From assembly GCA_020720625.1 (NCBI GenBank), contig DYOH01000008.1, forward strand, positions 11,517 to 75,516: a stretch of DNA of 64,000 nucleotides, given 5' to 3'. Both the position numbers and the translations under genes were made by a program. The notes under the pieces were generated by a model that was not told the origin of the DNA, did not search any database, and saw only the letters and a program-made list of their open reading frames with translations. Shown piece by piece: positions 56,863-64,000 of the stretch. Every line of letters starts with the position of its first letter. Within the stretch, counting starts at the first letter, position 1. This stretch comes from Acetofilamentum sp. (GTDB lineage Bacteria > Bacteroidota > Bacteroidia > Bacteroidales > DYOH01).

Positions 56863-58443
56863 TCAGTCGGTTTTATTTCCGCGTTGTGCTTCTATGCGCT
56901 CTATAATTTTTCGGGATTTTTCCTGAATTATTTGTTGGGTTGGAATCCCTTTAAATTTGCTTTCGAGCCACGAAAGTATATCGAAATATACAAATGCTCG
57001 TTTCTCATAAGGGTTTCCCTGCAGTGGTTTTAGTTCGTTGTAGAGTTGTCGGAAAGCGTCAATCAGGGTATCGGGAGTACTGTTATTCAATTTACGCAAA
57101 AAACTAAGCATATATTTCTGATATAAATGAAAATCCTGTTTCTTTTTAAGAAATCTGTAGGTTGAGCGAATATAATAATCCACTAAATCAGAATTTTTGA
57201 GTTCCCAATGGCTAATTAAATTTAAAATTCTTGAAAATCCCTGTATATCAGATCTAATATTCAAATCTTTAGCATTTATAATTTTGTTTAGCCAAATAAT
57301 GGCCTTATTATATTCTTGAGCACCAAAATACATGCTGGCGAATTTGTAGTAAAACAACATGGTATTATGGGTATCTAGTTTTTGTTCAAACTGATGCAAT
57401 TCTCCGGCAATTTGCGGAATAAGGAAAAGACCTTCGGTAAAACTGCCAGTCATAAAAAAAGCATTTAGTTTATGAATAGATACATACTTGAATTTTAGTA
57501 GTTTCTGGCTATAAGTTAGTTTTAAACCTTCGATTTGGTCAATACCATCGAGTAATTTTGTAGCTTCAACAAATTCAGTGTAATGAAATTGGCGGTAAAG
57601 CGAAGAAATTAGATTATTTAGTGCTTTAATGTAGTATTCAATTTTGGGAACAATTAAATGAGGATTTTCATTGAATAAATCAATTAGTTTTTGAGCATAT
57701 TCGTTGGCTCTGGCAGGGTCTTGAATAAAGAAATAGTAGCCTACAAAAGCCTGATAAAGAAACATTTTTTCGTTAAAACTCAAGTTATTTTCATCAAAAG
57801 CAGGTAAGGATCCGTATAAAAAGCGATTAGCGATTTCAAAGTCTTTCGAGTTTCGGATAAATCCAATTTGCAGGTATAAAGCATAGAGTTTTAAAGAAAG
57901 ATTCTGAAAACTGCGGGTGTTTTTAATGGCTTCAATCAAACGTTCAGATTCAGCAATAATCTCACTTGCGTCTTTCTGAATATCAAACATCATGTATTTT
58001 ATCAATAGTTTCTTCTCGAACTCAACCAACTCATACATTAGCAATATCTTATCGTGTTTTTCTGCCAATTGTTTGCCATTTTGTAAACTTCGCCAACATT
58101 GTTCGTACAGAGATTTATTGTATAGAATATTGGTGTAGTTCAATTGTTCTCTTATTTGTATTTCAACATCGTTGTCGGAATTGTAACTGGCTAAACTGAT
58201 GAGTATCTGGTCGTAAAGATGTGCTTTTAGGTTTGATAACTGCAAGGGCTTTAAATTTTTATCCTTTTTTAGTATTTTCGATTCATCGTATTGATCCTGA
58301 GCATCAATATATTGAAAAAGTTTTATAAATTTCAAATCCGACTGTTCATTTCCTTTCGAGAAATAGATTTTAAAATACCTTTTCTCGGCCGTGGTCATCG
58401 ACTTTATTAATTGAAACAAATGATTAGATGCTGTTTTGGACAT
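56863..58443 (-). CDS. Hypothetical all-helical (TPR-like) cytoplasmic protein
   Basis: 526 aa with no signal peptide or TM. The N-terminus reads LFQLIKSMTTAEKRYFKIYF. The rest is predicted helical-repeat-like from its Y/L/N/K-rich periodicity. I recognise no catalytic motif. Confidence 0.65.
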   Translation of the reverse strand: MSKTASNHLFQLIKSMTTAEKRYFKIYFSKGNEQSDLKFIKLFQYIDAQDQYDESKILKKDKNLKPLQLSNLKAHLYDQILISLASYNSDNDVEIQIREQLNYTNILYNKSLYEQCWRSLQNGKQLAEKHDKILLMYELVEFEKKLLIKYMMFDIQKDASEIIAESERLIEAIKNTRSFQNLSLKLYALYLQIGFIRNSKDFEIANRFLYGSLPAFDENNLSFNEKMFLYQAFVGYYFFIQDPARANEYAQKLIDLFNENPHLIVPKIEYYIKALNNLISSLYRQFHYTEFVEATKLLDGIDQIEGLKLTYSQKLLKFKYVSIHKLNAFFMTGSFTEGLFLIPQIAGELHQFEQKLDTHNTMLFYYKFASMYFGAQEYNKAIIWLNKIINAKDLNIRSDIQGFSRILNLISHWELKNSDLVDYYIRSTYRFLKKKQDFHLYQKYMLSFLRKLNNSTPDTLIDAFRQLYNELKPLQGNPYEKRAFVYFDILSWLESKFKGIPTQQIIQEKSRKIIERIEAQRGNKTD

Positions 58444-58604
58444 CGGATTATGTATGGATATAATTTACTATAAGATAATTATTTAAAAATAAAATTTCTG
58501 TTTTAGAAAGCGTAAATATCCGGAAAAAAAAGTTCATCACAAAGCGTTTTCTTGTTAAGCTTGCAAAAAAACAGAAACAGGCTTTATACTTTAACACAAA
58601 TTTT

Positions 58605-60155
58605 ATGGATGAAAAGATTTACATATTCGATACCACCTTGCGCGACGGAGAACAAGTGCCAGGCTGTCAGCTTAATACAATTGAAAAGATTGAGGTAGCC
58701 AAAGCACTCGAGCTTTTGGGCGTAGATATCATCGAAGCAGGTTTTCCAATATCCAGCCCGGGCGATTTTAATTCGGTGCTAGAAATATCAAAAGTAATTA
58801 GTCTACCTACCATTTGTGCGCTTACCCGAGCCGTGGAAAAAGATATCGAGGTGGCTGCAGAAGCACTTAAATATGCCAAACATCCGCGAATTCATACCGG
58901 TATTGGCACATCCGATTTTCATATTTATTCAAAACTTAATTCAACTCCCGAAAAAATAATTGCGCGTGCGGTTGCGGCAGTGAATTATGCCAAAAAGTTT
59001 GTCGAAGATGTAGAATTTTATGCCGAAGATGCCGGACGAACAGATAATGTTTTTTTGGCTAAAGTTGTAGAAGCGGTAATTGCCGCCGGTGCTACTGTAA
59101 TAAACATTCCGGATACCACGGGCTATGCCACACCCGAAGAGTATGGTCAAAAAATACGCTTTCTTAGAGAAAACGTGAAAGGTGTGCACCGCGTTATTCT
59201 TTCTACACACTGCCATAACGATTTAGGTTTGGCAACTGCCAATACGCTTTCGGGTGTAATAAACGGAGCACGACAAGTTGAAGTTACCATCAATGGTATA
59301 GGAGAGCGTGCCGGAAATACTTCGCTGGAAGAATTGGCCATGATTTTGCAAACCCGCAAGGATTTGCCTTATTATTCAAGCATAGATAGCCGGAAAATTT
59401 ATAACACCAGCCGATTGGTATCTACGCTCATGCGAATGCCTGTTCAGCCCAATAAAGCCATTGTCGGACGAAATGCTTTTGCTCATTCTTCCGGTATTCA
59501 TCAGGATGGTGTATTAAAAAACCGCGAAAACTACGAAATTATGGATCCTACCGATGTGGGAATAAACAAATCGTCGATTGTGCTTACGGCCAGAAGCGGA
59601 CGGGCTGCCTTAAAACACAGACTCGAAATTTTGGGGATTGAACTTTCTAAAACGGAGATTGACGTTGCCTACGACAAATTTTTGGCTCTGGCAGATCAGA
59701 AGAAAGACATTAGCGACCAAGATTTGCTTATTATGCTGGATATAAAATTTAACGAGAAACATAAAATTAAACTTGACCATCTTCAGGTAATTGCAGGAAA
59801 AACTCCGCTCCCTACAGCCATTGTCAGACTCGACGTAAACGGTGAACTTATTTCGGATACAGCTATTGGAAACGGACCAATTGATGCTACTTTTACTGCC
59901 ATAAAAAAAATTCTGAAAAAGCAAGTTATTCTGGAAGAATTTCTTATTCAGGCAATTACACGAGGTAGCGACGATATGGGAAAAGTTCATGTGCAAATTA
60001 AAAGCAACGATGTTAGTTATTATGGCTTTTCGGCTAACCGCGATATTATTACCGCATCGGCTGAAGCTTTTTTAGATGCTATTGAAAAGGCAAACGGATT
60101 TAATTTCGGGAAATCAAAAGAATCAGAAAAAATTGCGAATAATTTGGTTTCATAA
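58605..60155 (+). CDS. leuA: 2-isopropylmalate synthase
   Basis: 516 aa with [18 protein letters not shown] and a C-terminal LeuA regulatory domain. Confidence 0.92.
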   Translation: MDEKIYIFDTTLRDGEQVPGCQLNTIEKIEVAKALELLGVDIIEAGFPISSPGDFNSVLEISKVISLPTICALTRAVEKDIEVAAEALKYAKHPRIHTGIGTSDFHIYSKLNSTPEKIIARAVAAVNYAKKFVEDVEFYAEDAGRTDNVFLAKVVEAVIAAGATVINIPDTTGYATPEEYGQKIRFLRENVKGVHRVILSTHCHNDLGLATANTLSGVINGARQVEVTINGIGERAGNTSLEELAMILQTRKDLPYYSSIDSRKIYNTSRLVSTLMRMPVQPNKAIVGRNAFAHSSGIHQDGVLKNRENYEIMDPTDVGINKSSIVLTARSGRAALKHRLEILGIELSKTEIDVAYDKFLALADQKKDISDQDLLIMLDIKFNEKHKIKLDHLQVIAGKTPLPTAIVRLDVNGELISDTAIGNGPIDATFTAIKKILKKQVILEEFLIQAITRGSDDMGKVHVQIKSNDVSYYGFSANRDIITASAEAFLDAIEKANGFNFGKSKESEKIANNLVS

Positions 60156-60179
60156 CCTATTAATTACTAAAGCTATTAA

Positions 60180-60213
60180 TTAGGTGCTCTTGCAAAGTTT
60201 GCACCTTGCATAA
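60180..60213 (+). promoter_or_regulatory. Bipartite motif TTAGGTGC-N16-CCTTGCA upstream of leuC
   Basis: The same 8-mer, 16-nt spacer and 7-mer recur at 61717-61750. Here AGGTGC and GCACCT can also pair as a hairpin. Confidence 0.45.
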
Positions 60214-60232
60214 TCTATAAATCAATTTAATA

Positions 60233-61612
60233 ATGAAAACAATCTTTGAGAAAATATGGGAAAAACATAGCATTAAAAAAATTCCCGATGGCCCTGAAGT
60301 CTTATATATAGATAGGCATTTGATTCACGAAGTTACCAGTCCGCAGGCTTTCGATGGATTGCGTGCCCGCGGAATCAGGGTTTTCAGACCCGAAAAAACC
60401 TTTGCCACTGCCGATCATAATGTGCCCACGATGGGTGAGGTGAGCGATCCGCTTTCCAAAATACAATTAGCCACTTTAGAAAACAATTGCGCCGAATTTG
60501 GGATATCTCACTTTGGGCTGGGACACGAAAATAACGGTGTAGTGCACATAATTGGTCCCGAATTAGGACTTACATTGCCAGGAACTACCATCGTTTGTGG
60601 CGATAGCCATACTGCTACACATGGTGCTTTTGGGGCTATTGCTTTTGGAATTGGTACTTCGGAAGTGGAAATGGTGCTTTCTACGCAATGTTTGCTTCAA
60701 ACCAAACCCAAAACCATGCGCATAAACGTAAATGGCAAGCTCAATAATGGTGTTACGGCCAAAGACATTATTTTGTACATTATAGCCCAATTAGGAACCG
60801 GTGGTGGAACCGGTTATTTTATAGAATATGCCGGAAGCACGATTGAAGCACTCTCCATGGAAGAGAGAATGACTGTTTGCAATATGAGCATTGAAATGGG
60901 GTCGAGAGGTGGTTTGGTGGCTCCCGACCAAATTACTTTTGAATACATTAAAGGTAGAAAATTTGCGCCAAAGGAGCAAGCCTTCAATGATGCTGTAAAT
61001 CAATGGAAGCAATTATCCTCTGATTCGGATGCCACTTTTGATAAAGAATATACTTTTGATGCAGCCAAAATTGGTACAATGATTACTTATGGAACCAATC
61101 CGGGAATGGGCATTCAACTGAATGATAATATTCCTACTGCGCTAAAATTTTCTGACGAAAGCGAAAAAAATGGTTTGCGAAAGGCTCTTCAATACATGGA
61201 TTTTAAGGAAGGTGAGAGTATGCTCGGCAAGAAAATCGACTTTGTATTTATTGGAAGTTGCACCAACGGCAGAATAGAAGACCTGCGCGTTGCCGCCGAG
61301 CAGGTAAAAGGCAAACAAAAAGCCGAACATGTTACGGCCTGGATAGTTCCGGGCTCGCACAGAGTTAGGATACAAGCCGAAGAAGAAGGATTAATAGCTA
61401 TTTTTAAGGCAGCCGGCATTGAGGTGCGACAGCCCGGATGTTCTGCTTGTTTGGCAATGAACGATGATAAAGTGCCCGCCGGAAAATATTGTGTATCTAC
61501 ATCAAACAGAAATTTTCAGGGTAGACAAGGACCCGGATCGCGCACTTTGCTGGCAAGTCCGAAGCTTGCTGCTGCGGCGGCTGTTGCTGGTAAAATCGTT
61601 TATCCGCTTTAA
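60233..61612 (+). CDS. leuC: 3-isopropylmalate dehydratase large subunit
   Basis: 459 aa aconitase-family protein with [14 protein letters not shown] and the CTNGR...CSACLAMN cluster ligands. Confidence 0.93.
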   Translation: MKTIFEKIWEKHSIKKIPDGPEVLYIDRHLIHEVTSPQAFDGLRARGIRVFRPEKTFATADHNVPTMGEVSDPLSKIQLATLENNCAEFGISHFGLGHENNGVVHIIGPELGLTLPGTTIVCGDSHTATHGAFGAIAFGIGTSEVEMVLSTQCLLQTKPKTMRINVNGKLNNGVTAKDIILYIIAQLGTGGGTGYFIEYAGSTIEALSMEERMTVCNMSIEMGSRGGLVAPDQITFEYIKGRKFAPKEQAFNDAVNQWKQLSSDSDATFDKEYTFDAAKIGTMITYGTNPGMGIQLNDNIPTALKFSDESEKNGLRKALQYMDFKEGESMLGKKIDFVFIGSCTNGRIEDLRVAAEQVKGKQKAEHVTAWIVPGSHRVRIQAEEEGLIAIFKAAGIEVRQPGCSACLAMNDDKVPAGKYCVSTSNRNFQGRQGPGSRTLLASPKLAAAAAVAGKIVYPL

Positions 61613-61716
61613 TTATCGTATTTTATTGGATATAGTGATATGTGTTGCATTGAAAGTGTTTTTTTACGAAAATACTAAACCTATCATTTTTTTTCAAGCA
61701 TTGTGAACCCAAATAG

Positions 61717-61750
61717 TTAGGTGCGCTGAAAAAATAGACCCCTTGCAATA
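61717..61750 (+). promoter_or_regulatory. Bipartite motif TTAGGTGC-N16-CCTTGCA upstream of leuD
   Basis: This is the second copy of the motif, 36 nt upstream of the leuD ATG. It lies in an unusually long (171 nt) leuC-leuD spacer. Confidence 0.45.
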
Positions 61751-61783
61751 GAATGAATGATATCCTGCTAAAAATTAAACATT

Positions 61784-62395
61784 ATGGAAAAATTAATAAA
61801 AATTACATCCACCTGCGTGCCATTAAATATTGAAAATGTGGATACAGACCAAATAATTCCGGCACGATTTTTAAAAGCCACCGATAAAAAAGGCTTTGGA
61901 GAGAATCTATTTCGCGATTGGCGATACGATAAAAACATGCAGCCTATTCCGGATTTTCCCCTGAATCAGAAACAATATGCCGGTAGTATATTGGTAGCCG
62001 GAAAGAATTTTGGTAGCGGATCGAGCCGCGAGCATGCAGCCTGGGCTTTAGGTGATTATGGTTTTAAGGTAGTTATTTCTAGCTATTTTGCCGATATTTT
62101 TAAAAACAATGCCCTTAATAATGGCATTCTTCCGGTGCAAATTAGCGAAAAACTATTGGAAGTAATTTTCGAAAAAATTAGCCAAAACCCAAAATTGGAA
62201 TTAGAAGTAGATTTACCCTTACAGAAAATGAGCATACCTTTTTTTGGTCTTTACGAATTTTTCGAAATCGATAGCTATAAAAAGCAATGTTTACTGGAAG
62301 GTTTAGACGATATTGATTATCTCTTGAATAGCAAAAACGAAATTGAAGCTTTCGAGATAAAACATGTAGATTACACGGCTAATCAGATTGCGTGA
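61784..62395 (+). CDS. leuD: 3-isopropylmalate dehydratase small subunit
   Basis: 203 aa with NVDTDQIIPARFL and GKNFGSGSSREHA. Confidence 0.92.
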   Translation: MEKLIKITSTCVPLNIENVDTDQIIPARFLKATDKKGFGENLFRDWRYDKNMQPIPDFPLNQKQYAGSILVAGKNFGSGSSREHAAWALGDYGFKVVISSYFADIFKNNALNNGILPVQISEKLLEVIFEKISQNPKLELEVDLPLQKMSIPFFGLYEFFEIDSYKKQCLLEGLDDIDYLLNSKNEIEAFEIKHVDYTANQIA

Positions 62396-62563
62396 CAAAT
62401 GAATTGCTTGTGTATTTAAAAAACGCCCATTAAGATGCTAAGGGATATTTTTGCATATCTGAAGTCTAGCTTTTTGCTTATGATAGAACAAATTAGAATT
62501 AGTTTAGGCAAGAAAAATGCTTATTGGATTTATTAGTTTTCGAATGAGAGAAACAAAAACAAT

Positions 62564-64000
62564 ATGAGAATAGAAATAATGGATACCACACTTCGGGATG
62601 GAGAACAAACCGTAGGCATATCTTTTAATACACACGAGAAACTTTCCATAGCCAAGTTGTTACTCATAGATGTAAAAGTGGATAGAATTGAGATAGCCTC
62701 TGCACGTGTTTCGGCAGGAGAGTTTGAGTCGGTAAAAAAAATTACCCAATGGGCAAATGAAAATCAATGTATACAAAAGATTGAAATTCTGGGATTTATA
62801 GATGGAACCAGTTCTTTGGATTGGATTGAGGAAGCGGGCGGAAAAACCGTAAATATGCTTTGCAAAGGCTCGCTCAACCACCTCACTCATCAGTTGCGCA
62901 AATCGCCCCAGGAACATATTGCCGACATAAAAAAAGCCATTGATTATGCTAAAAGCAAAGGCCTTAAAGTGAATTTATATTTTGAAGACTGGTCTAATGG
63001 AATGAAACAATCGCCCGAATACGTTTTTCAGCTCGCCGACAATTTGCAGAATGAACCCATTGAGCGTATTATGTTGCCCGATACTTTGGGCATCCTGGAT
63101 CCATTGCTTACCTATGAGTTCTGCAAAAAAATGGTGGACAAATACCCCAAAATTCATTTTGATTTTCATGCGCACAATGATTACGATATGGCCACAGGCA
63201 ATGTGTTTATGGCCATTAAAGCTGGTATTAAAGGCATTCATACTACCGTAAATGGGCTGGGAGAGCGTGCCGGAAATGTGCCTCTTTCTAGTGTGGTGGG
63301 CTTGCTTAACGATCATTTGGGAATTAAAAGCCACATTACTGAGTCGCAGCTTAGCCGGCTTAGCTCAATCGTTGAAACCTATTCGGGTATTCGTGTACCC
63401 GAAAATAAGCCTATTATCGGCGAATATGTTTTTACCCAGACTTGCGGCGTACATGCCGATGGTGATCAAAAGAATAATTTGTATTTTAATGCCTTAAGCC
63501 CCGAACGTTTTGGTCGTACAAGGCATTATGCACTCGGGAAAACATCCGGAAAGGCCAATATTCTCCAAAATCTTAAGGAGTTAGGACTCGATGCCGATTT
63601 GGATGCCGATTCCATTAAAAAAATAACCGACAGGGTTATTGAACTTGGCGATAAAAAAGAAAGTGTTACAAAGGAAGACCTACCCTTTATTATTGCTGAT
63701 GTTATTGATAATAAGCGTTTTGGCAAAAATATCAGTATCAAGCATTTTAATCTTTCTATGACAAATGGATTGCGTCCGGTAGCCAATATTCTGGTAGAGA
63801 TTTACGGAAAAAACTACGAAGAAAACGCTATTGGAGATGGCCAATACGATGCTTTTGTAAAAGCTTTACGTAAAATTTACGGAAAACTTGGTAAGGACTT
63901 CCCTGTGCTTAGTAACTACTTTGTTAGTATACCGCCCGGTGGCAAAAGCGATGCCTTGGTAGAAACAATTATTAGCTGGAAGTATAAAGATAAGGAGATT
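62564..64000 (+). CDS. LeuA paralog: 2-isopropylmalate/(R)-citramalate synthase-like enzyme (3-prime end beyond window)
   Basis: Absent from the ORF track because it is open at the window edge. My translation from the ATG at 62564 reads [16 protein letters not shown]...FHAHNDYDMATGN...VNGLGERAGN...GVHADG...GKTSGKANI. These are the HMGL-like DRE-TIM barrel motifs. The frame stays open for 479 codons to the window end. Confidence 0.85.
   Translation, partial: MRIEIMDTTLRDGEQTVGISFNTHEKLSIAKLLLIDVKVDRIEIASARVSAGEFESVKKITQWANENQCIQKIEILGFIDGTSSLDWIEEAGGKTVNMLCKGSLNHLTHQLRKSPQEHIADIKKAIDYAKSKGLKVNLYFEDWSNGMKQSPEYVFQLADNLQNEPIERIMLPDTLGILDPLLTYEFCKKMVDKYPKIHFDFHAHNDYDMATGNVFMAIKAGIKGIHTTVNGLGERAGNVPLSSVVGLLNDHLGIKSHITESQLSRLSSIVETYSGIRVPENKPIIGEYVFTQTCGVHADGDQKNNLYFNALSPERFGRTRHYALGKTSGKANILQNLKELGLDADLDADSIKKITDRVIELGDKKESVTKEDLPFIIADVIDNKRFGKNISIKHFNLSMTNGLRPVANILVEIYGKNYEENAIGDGQYDAFVKALRKIYGKLGKDFPVLSNYFVSIPPGGKSDALVETIISWKYKDKEI

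Noticed and set aside
60190-60213. A sigma-54 style promoter suggested by TGCAC and TTGCA.
   Set aside because: The GC-containing elements are separated by about 1-2 nt instead of the fixed spacing in TGGCAC-N5-TTGCA. The second motif copy at 61717-61750 has no GG at the -24 position.
1-64000. CRISPR arrays, tRNA/rRNA genes, and transposase, integrase or phage genes.
   Set aside because: No regularly spaced direct repeats and no cloverleaf-like GC-rich segments appear in any intergenic gap. No ORF shows a DDE, tyrosine-recombinase or serine-recombinase signature. The window reads as stable core genome.

Overview
The window looks like a syntenic core-chromosome segment of a low-GC Bacteroidota genome, probably Bacteroidales or Marinilabiliales-like. 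The taxonomic call rests on TAnnTTTG -7 boxes upstream of several genes, many SpII-type lipoproteins, an RseC-like gene leading an rnfBCDGEA operon, DUF4197 proteins, and a leuA-leuC-leuD-leuA-paralog layout. I support 49 protein-coding genes, two of them open at the window edges and absent from the ORF track: sucD at 1-853 (-) and a LeuA/CimA-like synthase at 62564-64000 (+). Gene content, in order:
- Energy conservation: sucD, and rseC-like plus rnfBCDGEA.
- Envelope and translation: a signal-peptide protein, tsaD, a beta-helix-like lipoprotein, pbpC and an orphan FtsX-type permease.
- Peptidases, transport and signalling: an S9 peptidase, a permease-HMA metal exporter, and a YfiR-like/PAS/PP2C phosphatase followed by pgm.
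- Two tandem DUF4197 lipoproteins, then prsW, mnmD and gcvT.
- A PhoD-TPR-OmpA-OmpA operon.
- A pentapeptide-repeat, papain-like peptidase and mini-lipoprotein operon.
- Housekeeping: rpsA, a STAS protein, rnz, a SPOR protein, queE, a nadR-like kinase, pnuC, an S41 peptidase, argS and an amidohydrolase.
- Branched-chain amino acid biosynthesis: ilvDBNC, a 526-aa unknown, then leuA, leuC, leuD and the LeuA paralog.

I saw no rRNA, tRNA, CRISPR array, transposase, integrase or recognisable defence genes. I do not find a convincing novel multi-gene system; the region is mostly housekeeping. The observations worth a second look are mainly non-coding, with a few protein-level oddities:
- A roughly 150-nt intergenic element conserved after each DUF4197 paralog.
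- An identical bipartite motif, TTAGGTGC-N16-CCTTGCA, in front of leuC and leuD.
- A 143-nt element bounded by 22-nt inverted repeats, next to a perfect 11-bp hairpin, downstream of ilvC.
- REP-like hairpin-plus-box repeats at two loci.
- A shared post-lipobox motif in four unrelated lipoproteins.
- A few poorly characterised protein architectures.

All family assignments come from motifs read by eye in the translations. No database search was run.
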